From NCBI GenBank assembly GCA_965204725.1, contig OZ242005.1:1632001-1696000 (forward strand): DNA of 64,000 nt. Reading direction: 5' to 3'. The notes beneath the pieces were generated by a model. That model did no database searches. It was not told the origin of the DNA and saw only the letters and a program-made list of their open reading frames with translations. Origin of the DNA: Candidatus Latescibacterota bacterium (GTDB lineage Bacteria > Latescibacterota > UBA2968 > UBA8231). Below, in pieces: positions 18,759-27,660 of the stretch. Numbering within the stretch: the first letter of the stretch is position 1; each line of letters starts with the position of its first letter. The position numbers and the translations under genes were made by a program.

Positions 18759-19607
18759 GTGGACAATCTAGTGCTAGTGCAGATGGCCCAGACCGTGGTC
18801 TATCTCTTGGAGGCTTTCGTCCTGCTCTTTATCGCCAAGCAGGTCTATGCCCGGGTTTTTCGGCGGGTCGATCTCAAAGACGAACTCTACGGCCGCAACA
18901 ACCACGCGATGGCCGTTGCGGTGAGCGGGTATTGCTTGGGGATTTGCTTGGCGCTGGGGGGGGCGTTGAGCGGCCCGTCGCTCGGCTGGCAAGCCGATCT
19001 AATCGGCATCGCCCTGTACGGCCTCTTGGCGATTGCCTTGATGCTCGTCGCCGGCGTGCTCTGCGAGCGAGTGCTCCTGCCGCACTTTGACAACCGCAAG
19101 GAAATCGTCGCCGATCAGAATATGGGAACGGCCTTTGTCGAGGCCGGGATGCACATTGCCAATGGCCTGATCGTCTTGGCTATCGTGCAGGGCGAGGGGC
19201 CGCTGTGGAGCGGCGTGGCCTTCTGGCTTTTGGCCCAAGTGGTGCTCGTGGTGGCGGGCCTGCTCTACGAGTGGATCACCCCGCATTCGATCCACCGCGA
19301 ACTAGAGCGCGATAATGCGGCGGTCGGCTTGGCGTTTGGCGGCGTGCTGGTGGGCATGGGCAATATCGTCAGCATCGCCGTGGCTGGCGACTACACAGGG
19401 TGGGTCAGCGGCCTGCAAACCTTTGGCGTGGATGTGGGCTTTGGGTTTGTCGCGCTCTACGCCATCCACAAGCTGACGGATGTGCTTTTGGCCCCCAAGG
19501 TGCGCTTAGGGGCCGAACAGGTCGAGGAGCAGCCGAATGTGGGGGCCGGGCTGATAGAAGCCTTTGGCTACGTGGGCGGCTCGACGCTAATCGTCTGGAT
19601 CTTCTGA
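18759..19607 (+). CDS. DUF350 membrane protein (two repeats)
   Basis: GTG at 18759 after a purine-rich tract; repeated ELxxxNxAxA/G motifs. Confidence 0.85.
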   Translation: MDNLVLVQMAQTVVYLLEAFVLLFIAKQVYARVFRRVDLKDELYGRNNHAMAVAVSGYCLGICLALGGALSGPSLGWQADLIGIALYGLLAIALMLVAGVLCERVLLPHFDNRKEIVADQNMGTAFVEAGMHIANGLIVLAIVQGEGPLWSGVAFWLLAQVVLVVAGLLYEWITPHSIHRELERDNAAVGLAFGGVLVGMGNIVSIAVAGDYTGWVSGLQTFGVDVGFGFVALYAIHKLTDVLLAPKVRLGAEQVEEQPNVGAGLIEAFGYVGGSTLIVWIF

Positions 19608-19613
19608 ACGGAA

Positions 19614-20627
19614 CTACTCCCGTCGGCTCCGATGCCACTGCCACAGCAGGGTCGGGCCGCCGATAAAGACGTAGGTCAGGGTCGCCAACGCATGGGTTAG
19701 CGTCGCACAGGCCAAAGCCGTGGCGAGCGGCACCGCGTAGAGGCGGTGCATGGCCTCGCCGAAGAGGAGGTGGTACGAGCCGATCGCCCCGGGCGTTGGA
19801 ATGATCACCCCTATGGACGATATGGCCATAACCACCAGCGCGGCGGCCGCGTCGAGATTGTAGGTGTGGTGCAAATCCATGCCGATAAAAGCCGCGTAGA
19901 TAATGAACACGTACGCCGCGTTGAGCAGGATTGAACTGACGAGGATTTCAAAGTATGCGATGGGCTGTTGCCGCAGGGCGGAAAGCCCGCCGATGAAGGT
20001 CTCGAGGATTTGAAGCACTCGCTCGCCGCGCCCCCAAGCGAGCCGCCCGAGCAGCGGTCGCATTCCAGCCAAAATTTTTTCCCGATACACCGATACCAAG
20101 ACCAAGGCACTCAGCGCGACCAAGCAGCCGGCTAGGGCCAATAGGCCGATGGTGTCGCGATCGGCCCCGGCCGGTAGCCACAGCACGGGCAGGGCCATAT
20201 CTATATAGACGATGAGCCAGAACAAGACGATGAGCCAAAACAAATCGAGAATGCGCTCCACTACTATAGTGGCCATCAAGGCGCTGATGCTCGCTCCGGT
20301 GGTCCACTTGAGGCTGACGCACCGCAAAACCTCGCCCGAGCGCGGCACGGCCACATTGGCCGCATAGCATATCGCCAAGGCGAGCGACGCATTGAGGTTG
20401 CTGACTTGCGGCGCAAAGGGCCGCATGAGGACCAGCCAGCGCCAAGCCCGCAATCCCAAGGTCCCCAGCGTCGCAACGCACATGACAGCGGCCCAAACCG
20501 GCGAAATGCCGGTCATGGCATCCCAGAGTTCCCCGCGATTTATCCCCTCAAAGGCCCAATAGATAAAAAGCCCCATCAAGCCTACGCTCAGTCCGTACTG
20601 GAGGGCTTGTTTTAGTAGCTTGGGCAT
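19614..20627 (-). CDS. Lysylphosphatidylglycerol synthase TM-domain (flippase-like) protein
   Basis: RAWRW, PRSGEVLR, ERILD, PTPGAIGSYH. Confidence 0.85.
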   Translation of the reverse strand: MPKLLKQALQYGLSVGLMGLFIYWAFEGINRGELWDAMTGISPVWAAVMCVATLGTLGLRAWRWLVLMRPFAPQVSNLNASLALAICYAANVAVPRSGEVLRCVSLKWTTGASISALMATIVVERILDLFWLIVLFWLIVYIDMALPVLWLPAGADRDTIGLLALAGCLVALSALVLVSVYREKILAGMRPLLGRLAWGRGERVLQILETFIGGLSALRQQPIAYFEILVSSILLNAAYVFIIYAAFIGMDLHHTYNLDAAAALVVMAISSIGVIIPTPGAIGSYHLLFGEAMHRLYAVPLATALACATLTHALATLTYVFIGGPTLLWQWHRSRRE

Positions 20628-20682
20628 CGCGCTTGCCAATACAAAACGGGAAATCGGGCGATCAGCGGGCGGGCGGGATAGT

Positions 20683-21303
20683 TCAAGCCGGTATGGGTTG
20701 AATTTTGCCCATGTTCTCTAGTAGGTCGATGATCTGCGAGGCCGCCTCGGCAGGCGTTGAGGTGTCGGTTTTGATGACCAGATCGGGGTTTTCAGGCTCC
20801 TCATAAGGGTCTGAAACGCCGGTAAAATTGGGTATTTCGCCGGCTCGTGCCTTTTGGTAGAGGCCCTTGGGATCGCGCTCCGCGCATGTTTCGACTGGGG
20901 TGCTGACAAAAATTTCGACGAAGTCGCCCGCGGCCATAAGTGCCCGGACCGCATTGCGGTCGGCTCGGTAGGGGCTGACAAAGCTGGCAAAGGTTAGGAA
21001 GCCGCCATCGACAAAGAGCTTTCCCACCTCGCCGACCCGCCGGATGTTTTCTTGCCGGTCCGCAGCAGAAAAGCCCAAATTCTTATTGAGGCCAAAGCGG
21101 ATATTGTCGCCGTCTAGCACATAGGCTAAATGGCCGCGGGCGGCCAAGGCGTGTTCGGTTGTATAAGCAATGGTGCTCTTACCGGAGCTGGGCAAACCCG
21201 TCAGCCAGATCAACACCCCTTGTTGGTGCAACAGGCTTTCGCGTTGCTCGCGGCTGACATGGCCCTCGTGCCGGACGATATTGGTCGCTTTGATAGTGGT
21301 CAA
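20683..21303 (-). CDS. cysC: Adenylyl-sulfate kinase
   Basis: WLTGLPSSGKST, LDGDNIR, RDPKGLY, FTGVSDPYE; TTG start at 21303 with RBS gaggtg. Confidence 0.95.
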   Translation of the reverse strand: MTTIKATNIVRHEGHVSREQRESLLHQQGVLIWLTGLPSSGKSTIAYTTEHALAARGHLAYVLDGDNIRFGLNKNLGFSAADRQENIRRVGEVGKLFVDGGFLTFASFVSPYRADRNAVRALMAAGDFVEIFVSTPVETCAERDPKGLYQKARAGEIPNFTGVSDPYEEPENPDLVIKTDTSTPAEAASQIIDLLENMGKIQPIPA

Positions 21304-21332
21304 AAGTTCACCTCGTACGTTTAGAGGATACA

Positions 21333-21453
21333 TTACTACCCGACACCAGCCTCCAGCTTTCCAAGGATCGAGGGCATCTTGCCCTCGTCGAGGGCGGGAC
21401 GCCCTCGATCTCGGATTCATCGGGAGTACCAGAAGCAGGTGTCGTGTACTTAG
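21333..21453 (+). mobile_element. Miniature inverted-repeat element family A, full copy
   Basis: Termini ttactacccgacacc...ggtgtcgtgtacttag with internal nested palindromes. Confidence 0.75.
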
Positions 21454-21608
21454 GAAACTCAAAATAACGACCATACCGCCGCAATTCGTCAAGGAATTGG
21501 CCGCGGCGCGTGCGGGGCTGTTTTATTTGACGATTAGTGGTTTATATATTTATATAAGTAGCAATTCACAGTTACAAGCGCATCTCACTAAGTGGAGGAG
21601 GCAAGGGT

Positions 21609-22553
21609 ATGAAAATTGCAATTAGCATCACTTGCGCGGCCCTGCTGGCAACGGCAAGCGAGGGGGTTGTAAACATTCAGAATGTCGGTTCGGGAGCTCG
21701 TGCCCAAGGGTTGGGCAACAGCTTTGTGGCGGTGGCGGACAATGCGGATGCGGTGTTTGCCAATCCGGCCGGGTTAGGCCAAGTGTCTAACCGTCAGGTT
21801 TCCTATACGAATGTGTCGCTTTTTCTTGTAGGCATTGACGGGGACGATCTGGGGCAGCACGTGGTTTCCTATGCCCAGCCGCTGGGGGACAAGCTGGGGT
21901 TGGGGTTGGGCTATGAGCGGATTGGCTCGTCGCTGATGAGCGAGAATGGGGCGTTTGTGTCGCTGTCGTATCAGGTGCAGCGTCGGCTGCAGGTGGGGGT
22001 GTCGGCGAAGTATTTGTTTTGGAGTGTGGGTGCGATCCCGCCCGATAATGGCCGGGAGGATCCGGTTTCAAATCAGAGCGCGGGCAATGTGGGGTTGGAT
22101 TTGGGTTTGTTGTGGCAGAGTCCGGTGGCTGGGGCGCAGGTGGGGATGTTGTTGAAGAATATCAATCAGCCGAATGTGAAGTGGGGCGAGGTGAAGGATG
22201 CTGCGGGCGTCGTCGACTCGGATGCGGGCGGGTTGCCGATGGATGTGCATGTGGGGGTGGGCTATCGTCTGAGCAGCCAGTCGTTGGTATCGGTTCAGTA
22301 TGTGCGTCGCGATGTGACGGGGGGGGATAGCGCGGAGAATGGGTTGGTGGTTGGGGGGGAGACGCAGTTGTTGGAGGGGTTGGCGTTGCGGGCAGGTGGT
22401 CGTCGTATGTTATCGGAGGATGCGGGTGGGGGGTTGAATGCGGGTTTGGGGTATCAGTGGAACCAGTTGGTGTTCGATTATGCCTATGACATCGGCTTGG
22501 AACTGACCGAGACCAATGGAGCGCATCGATTCTCCTTTGCCTACGAATTCTAA
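21609..22553 (+). CDS. PorV/PorQ-like outer-membrane beta-barrel protein 1
   Basis: Signal peptide; GARAQGLGNSFVAVADNADAVFANPAGL; C-terminal HRFSFAYEF. Confidence 0.8.
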   Translation: MKIAISITCAALLATASEGVVNIQNVGSGARAQGLGNSFVAVADNADAVFANPAGLGQVSNRQVSYTNVSLFLVGIDGDDLGQHVVSYAQPLGDKLGLGLGYERIGSSLMSENGAFVSLSYQVQRRLQVGVSAKYLFWSVGAIPPDNGREDPVSNQSAGNVGLDLGLLWQSPVAGAQVGMLLKNINQPNVKWGEVKDAAGVVDSDAGGLPMDVHVGVGYRLSSQSLVSVQYVRRDVTGGDSAENGLVVGGETQLLEGLALRAGGRRMLSEDAGGGLNAGLGYQWNQLVFDYAYDIGLELTETNGAHRFSFAYEF

Positions 22554-22576
22554 AGTCTATTCCTTAGGTGAATGCA

Positions 22577-22616
22577 AAAGGGCCAGCCTTCTTTGGGCTG
22601 GCTTTTTTGTTTTTTG
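22577..22616 (+). terminator. Rho-independent terminator
   Basis: gccagcc-ttcttt-gggctggc followed by a T-tract. Confidence 0.75.
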
Positions 22617-22629
22617 AGTATAGGAGTCC

Positions 22630-23547
22630 GTGCTCGTGAAAATTGGAATTGGCATCCTCTGCATAGCCGTACTCGCCACTTCGAGTGCCGGATTTGTCAA
22701 CATCAATGTTTTTGATTCCGGCGTTCGGTCTCTAGGACTAGGCAATAGCTTTGTGGCGGTGGCGGACAATGCGGATGCGGTGTTTGCCAATCCGGCGGGG
22801 TTGGGGCAACTGCGGCGGCGGCAGGTGACCTATACGGACGGGGGCATAGACAAGCAGGATCTAGAGCTGGGGCGGTATATGGCATCATTGGGCATGCCAC
22901 TAAATGAAAAGTTGGGGTTGGGGTTGGGCTATGAGCGTCTCGCCTCAGATCAGTTCAGCGAGAACGGGGCGTTTGTGTCGCTGTCGTATCAGGCTGTAAA
23001 GCGGCTGTATGTAGGGGTCTCGGCCAAGTATCTGTTTGCGACCGTTAGCTCAAGGTTCGCCGCCGAGTTCGAGTTAGAGGACCTACCAACGGCATCTTGG
23101 GTAGATGTGGGCTTGTTGTGGCAAAGTCCGTTTCCCGGGGCGCAGATGGGCTTGTTCTTAAAAAACGTGTATCAGACGAGCGGGAGAAAGGAGACCGTGC
23201 CCCAGAGAGAGAGGGAGGTGCATGTAGGGGCTGGATATCGAGTGGGGACGCAGGGGTTGCTGTCCATGCAATATGTGCAATACCGTGGGACAAAGCTACG
23301 TCGTGGGAATCATGGGTGGATGATAGGGGGGGAGTATCACGTGCTAAAGGAGTTGGTTCTTCGGGCGGGGAGGGAGCGCGTGTTCGACCAGCTCGGCCTT
23401 GATGGCAGAAAGAACAGAGCGTGGTTGAGTGTGGGGTTGGGGCTTCGATTGGAGTATCGGGCGGTTGGGCTGTTGTTGGACTATGCCCATAGCAGCAATA
23501 GGGGGATATTATCGCCGCACCGATTTTCTCTTGCCTGTGAATTCTAA
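22630..23547 (+). CDS. PorV/PorQ-like outer-membrane beta-barrel protein 2 (tandem paralogue)
   Basis: Same N-terminal motif; C-terminal HRFSLACEF. Confidence 0.8.
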   Translation: MLVKIGIGILCIAVLATSSAGFVNINVFDSGVRSLGLGNSFVAVADNADAVFANPAGLGQLRRRQVTYTDGGIDKQDLELGRYMASLGMPLNEKLGLGLGYERLASDQFSENGAFVSLSYQAVKRLYVGVSAKYLFATVSSRFAAEFELEDLPTASWVDVGLLWQSPFPGAQMGLFLKNVYQTSGRKETVPQREREVHVGAGYRVGTQGLLSMQYVQYRGTKLRRGNHGWMIGGEYHVLKELVLRAGRERVFDQLGLDGRKNRAWLSVGLGLRLEYRAVGLLLDYAHSSNRGILSPHRFSLACEF

Positions 23548-23747
23548 GAAGCGGTCTGAAAAGCCACCTTGGGTCGTGTTGAACAAGCCGTTATAGACAG
23601 GATCCGTCATTCCCGCGCAAGCGGGAATCCATCCAGCCGGTATCGTTTAGACGCAAAGGACGACCACCAGAGTTTTCAGATAGCTTCTAAGAGGCTGTCT
23701 GAAAGTTGGCTTGGTCCTTTTTGGATTCCCGCTTTCGCGGGAATGAC
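23545..23747. mobile_element. Miniature element family B (ATTCCC-N8-GGGAAT core), one full plus one partial copy
   Basis: Ends agaagcggtctgaaaa / ttttcagatagcttct; gtcattcccgcgcaagcgggaatcc and ggattcccgctttcgcgggaatgac. Confidence 0.75.
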
Positions 23748-23757
23748 CGCTAGAGGA

Positions 23758-23788
23758 GCCGTCCCCGCTTCGGGAGACGGCCTTTTTT
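23758..23788 (+). terminator. Rho-independent terminator
   Basis: gccgtcccc-gctt-cgggagacggc followed by a T-tract. Confidence 0.65.
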
Positions 23789-23790
23789 GG

Positions 23791-24525
23791 CTATTCTACG
23801 ATGTCTTCGTCCACGTCTGCGACCAAAGTGCCCGGGTCGTGGCCGCGGCAGATATGCAAGCTGGTTCCCTTGTCTGAAAAGTCGAAAAAGTGCATGGGCA
23901 TCTTGTGATCGCGGGCCAACAGGACGGAGGATTGATCGGCGATGGTGAGGTTTTCTTGGATGATCGTGTTGTAGTGCATTCGCCGGTACAGCCTCGCTTG
24001 GGGATCGGCGTGAGGATCGGCGGTAAAGATGCCGCTGACTTGGTTTTTTGCAAAAAGCAGGGCTTGGGACCGCGTCTCAATCGCGCGCTGGGCTGCCGTG
24101 TAGTCCGTGGTGACGTACGGATTGCCAATGCCGGCGGCAAAGATGACGATGTAGTGCTTCTCTAGGTGGTGAATCGCACGCAGCCGAATAAAAGGCTCGG
24201 CTATCGTGTTGATGGGAATAGCGCTCATCACCCGGACTTCGACATCGGATTTAGAGGTCAGGACCCCGCGCAGCATCAGGCTGTTGATCACCGTACCCAT
24301 CATGCCGATGTTGTCGGCCTCGGCCCGTTCAATGCCCCACTGACTGGCGAGCGTTCCGCGAAATACATTGCCGCCGCCAATGACGATGGATATTTCAACT
24401 CCACAGGTGTGCAAGCTGAGGATTTCGTCGGCAATGTGCTCTAGGGACTCGGGGTCGAAGCCCATGTCGTGCGGGCCGGAGACGGCCTCGCCGCTCAGCT
24501 TGAGCAAGGCTCGATTGTAGCGCAT
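23791..24525 (-). CDS. pyrH: UMP kinase
   Basis: LLKLSGEA, GGGNVFRG, ADNIGMMGT, GNPYVTTD. Confidence 0.92.
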   Translation of the reverse strand: MRYNRALLKLSGEAVSGPHDMGFDPESLEHIADEILSLHTCGVEISIVIGGGNVFRGTLASQWGIERAEADNIGMMGTVINSLMLRGVLTSKSDVEVRVMSAIPINTIAEPFIRLRAIHHLEKHYIVIFAAGIGNPYVTTDYTAAQRAIETRSQALLFAKNQVSGIFTADPHADPQARLYRRMHYNTIIQENLTIADQSSVLLARDHKMPMHFFDFSDKGTSLHICRGHDPGTLVADVDEDIVE

Positions 24526-24530
24526 GGCGG

Positions 24531-25958
24531 TCAGAGCAGCCGTCCCTTTTCAAGGGTGCGGGCGGCTGGATGGCGCTCGGCCAATTCTTCTACCCGACCG
24601 ACGAAAAGCTCGACTTGCTGGGTGGCCGCGCCCGTGAGGCCGCGACTGCGGGCGATGGTCGCGTCCACCTCCTCCTCGCTAAGCGGGAAGCGCGGGTCGG
24701 CACCCAAGCGACGCGCCAAATCACTGGTGCTCCGGCCCTGTTCGCGCATGTCGATAGCCGCGGCGAGGGCATGCTCTCTCAGGGCGGTGTGGGCTTGTTC
24801 GCGCCCGGCCCCGCGCTGGATGGCTTCCATCAGCAGCGTCGTGGTGGCGAGGAAGGGCAGGTAGCGGTCGAGATCGCGGGCAATGACCGCTTCATAGATG
24901 CCCATGTCGTCGAGGATGTGGAGCGTGGTTTCGAGCATGCCGTCCAAGGCGAAGAATCCATCGGGGAGGGCCACGCGGCGCACTACCGAGCAGGAAACGT
25001 CCCCTTCAAACCACTGATCGCCGGCCAGCGCGCCCACCATGTGGACATAGCCGCCGAGGACGACCTGCAACCCATTGACCCGCTCGCTGCTGCGGGCGTT
25101 CATTTTGTGCGGCATGGCCGAGGAGCCGACTTGGCCGGGGGCAAAGCCCTCGGTGAGCGCGTCGTGACCGGCCATCAGGCGGATCGCCCGGGCCAGATTG
25201 GCCATGCCGGCCCCGAGCTGGTAGAGGCAACTGAGCACCTCAAAGTCGAGGCTGCGCGGATAAATCTGGCCGACGGCGGCTAGCTCGCGTTGGAAGCCGA
25301 GGTGGTGCCGGACGCGGCTTTGGAGTTGGTCGAGCTGGTCGGCGTCGCCGGCGAGTAGGGTTAGCTGATCGACGGCCGTGCCGACTGCGCCCTTTAGGCC
25401 CCGCAGGGGATAGCGCTGGACGAGCTCGTCGAGGCGGTCCAAAGCGACCAGCATTTCTTGGCCGAACATGGCGAGGCGCTTGCCGAGCGTGGTGGGTTGC
25501 GCGGCCGCGTAGTGGGTGCGGCCGGCGACCGCGAGCTTCTGCCATTGCCGGGCACGTTGGCTTAGGCGCAGGAGGACTGCCACGTACTTGACCTGTATTT
25601 GCTGCAAGGAGCGGAGAATTTGGTATTGCTCGACGTTGTCGGTCAGGTCGCGGCTGGTCATCCCCTTGTGAATGTGCTCGCACCCAGCCAAGTTGCAAAA
25701 CTCTTCGATGCGCGCCTTGACATCGTGCCGCAAAACAGCTTCGCGGCGCGCAATGGATTCGAGGTCCACTTGGTCCTTGACGCGCTCGTAGGCGCTTATG
25801 GCCGCGGCGGGCACTTCGAGGTTTAGGTCGAGCTGTGCTTTGAGGATGGCGATCCACAGGTCGCGCTCGAGGACGATGCGACCGCGTTCAGACCACAGAT
25901 CTTGGATCGCTTGGCTGGCGTAGCGTTGGGCGAGGACATTGGCAATAGCGGTAGGCAT
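24531..25958 (-). CDS. purB: Adenylosuccinate lyase
   Basis: RHDVKARIEEF, GSSAMPHKMN fumarate-lyase signature; probable start MPTAIANVLAQRYAS. Confidence 0.93.
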   Translation of the reverse strand: MPTAIANVLAQRYASQAIQDLWSERGRIVLERDLWIAILKAQLDLNLEVPAAAISAYERVKDQVDLESIARREAVLRHDVKARIEEFCNLAGCEHIHKGMTSRDLTDNVEQYQILRSLQQIQVKYVAVLLRLSQRARQWQKLAVAGRTHYAAAQPTTLGKRLAMFGQEMLVALDRLDELVQRYPLRGLKGAVGTAVDQLTLLAGDADQLDQLQSRVRHHLGFQRELAAVGQIYPRSLDFEVLSCLYQLGAGMANLARAIRLMAGHDALTEGFAPGQVGSSAMPHKMNARSSERVNGLQVVLGGYVHMVGALAGDQWFEGDVSCSVVRRVALPDGFFALDGMLETTLHILDDMGIYEAVIARDLDRYLPFLATTTLLMEAIQRGAGREQAHTALREHALAAAIDMREQGRSTSDLARRLGADPRFPLSEEEVDATIARSRGLTGAATQQVELFVGRVEELAERHPAARTLEKGRLL

Positions 25959-26005
25959 GACGTGATTTATCATAAGCATTGGGCAGGATCAATGCCAACG
26001 GCGCG

Positions 26006-27418
26006 TCAAATCAGCCCTAGCCCCCGCCAATAGAGCAGGTTGAGCGGGCAGAGCAAGACCAAGGAGGCCGTGGAGATGAGGCCCTGAGCGAGCACGAGTT
26101 GCTGCATGGACAGTTGCCGAAAACCATAGGCCACCATGAAAGGGGCCGACTGGTAAGGCAAAAAGGCCAAGGTCGTGGCCATGGCTACGCTGAAGGCCGC
26201 CGGCAGCGGCGCGATCCCGTGCTGAGCACCCAACTCCATCAGGGGAATGGTCGCCACCGCGGCCACCGCAGCCACATCCATCAGGAAGTCGAGCGGCAGG
26301 GCTACCAAACAAAGCGACAGGTGCTTGCCCAACCAGCCGTATTCCGCCAACGCCCAATACTCGCCAAAGGACGCGATGAACAGACGGTTAAAGCCAGCCG
26401 CGTTGAGGGCATGGCCCAACGCGAGCAGCGCGACGATGTAAGCCAAGAGCGCGAAACGGATCTGGCCTAAGTCGGCAACGCGGAGCGGCCCCCAGCGCGG
26501 CCAGAGGAACAACCCCACGAGGCCCAAGCCAACATAGACGGGTTGGATGTGGTGCAACAGGTCTGTGGCCCACAAGCCCACGCCCGCGAGGAGCATGTAC
26601 AGGGTGCGCCGCTGGACGCGGGTTAGCGGCGTACTTTTCGGGGAAGGGGTCCACTCCATGCCATGGCCGTTGAGGTGCCGGCCGAAAAGCAGCCAGATCG
26701 CCCCGAGCGATACCAAGGTTCGCAACAAGCCGATGACCGGAAACATCCAATACAGCCAAGTGGCCCAAAAGAGGGGTGCGCCTTGGATTTTTTCGTATTG
26801 ACCGGCCAAGACCAAGTTGGGCACAGAGCCGGTCAAAAGGCCACACCCGCCAAAATACGTGCTGCAAACCAAGGAGAGCAGGACCGCGGCCTGCAGATGC
26901 GACGAGGGGCGACCGCGCAGGCGGCCGACGAGGGCCATGCCCAGCGGCATCAAGAACAGGACGCGGATGACCCCGGATGGAATGAGGAAGGCCATCCCCA
27001 GCCCGAGCAGGTGTAGTTGGCAGAGCAGGAAAAAGGGCCGTTGCGACAGCCGGGCCTGAAGCCAAGCCGCCAGCGCGTCGCCGAGGCCCGTTTTGGCCAC
27101 CCCGAGGCTCAGGGCCATGCCGGCGAGGACCAGCCAGACTGTCTGGGAGCCGAAAGGAGCTAGGCTCTGCTCGAAACTCAGCAGGCCAACAGCCGGGATC
27201 AGGACGAGCACGCCGACCGAACTCAGCGCGATAGGGATGGGTTCAGTAGTCCAAAAAAACAGCGCGAAAAGGGCGATGCCGAGGGCGTTTTGCACCGGGC
27301 TGGGCAGCGCGGCCCACGGAGCGGCTAAGCCCAAGAGAAGGGCCGCGCTGCCCAAGAGCAAGCCCACCCATTGTTTGGGCGCTAATTGGGGTTGGGTCAG
27401 AGCGAATCGGCGGGACAA
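26006..27418 (-). CDS. SLC13/DASS family anion:sodium symporter
   Basis: WTTEPIP, KTGLG, TGSVPNLV, many TM helices; start uncertain. Confidence 0.85.
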   Translation of the reverse strand: MSRRFALTQPQLAPKQWVGLLLGSAALLLGLAAPWAALPSPVQNALGIALFALFFWTTEPIPIALSSVGVLVLIPAVGLLSFEQSLAPFGSQTVWLVLAGMALSLGVAKTGLGDALAAWLQARLSQRPFFLLCQLHLLGLGMAFLIPSGVIRVLFLMPLGMALVGRLRGRPSSHLQAAVLLSLVCSTYFGGCGLLTGSVPNLVLAGQYEKIQGAPLFWATWLYWMFPVIGLLRTLVSLGAIWLLFGRHLNGHGMEWTPSPKSTPLTRVQRRTLYMLLAGVGLWATDLLHHIQPVYVGLGLVGLFLWPRWGPLRVADLGQIRFALLAYIVALLALGHALNAAGFNRLFIASFGEYWALAEYGWLGKHLSLCLVALPLDFLMDVAAVAAVATIPLMELGAQHGIAPLPAAFSVAMATTLAFLPYQSAPFMVAYGFRQLSMQQLVLAQGLISTASLVLLCPLNLLYWRGLGLI

Positions 27419-27451
27419 GGGACCTTGAGGGGCTTGGGATAGACCACAAAA

Positions 27452-27587
27452 CTTACTACACGACACCAGCCTCCCGCCTTCCAAGGATCGAGGGCATCTT
27501 GCCCTCGTCGAGGGCGGGACGCCCTCGATCCCGGACGCAGCGGGAATACCAGAAAAGGCATACGCAAAGTAGGTGTCGCGTACTTAG
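27452..27587 (+). mobile_element. Miniature inverted-repeat element family A, full copy
   Basis: ttactacacgacacc...ggtgtcgcgtacttag; core identical to 21361-21410. Confidence 0.75.
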
Positions 27588-27660
27588 GCACAAAATAAAA
27601 AAGGCTTGGATTTTGCAAAGAGCGGCCCCAGCCTATTATTGTGCATAGCATAGAGGATAC

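Noticed and set aside
21304-21492. N-terminal extensions of cysC and of the DASS permease (27419-27484)
   Set aside because: They are translations of the family-A repeat; better starts lie downstream.
23569-23877. 102-aa ORF containing WIPAFAGMT
   Set aside because: Translation of family-B repeats running antisense into pyrH.
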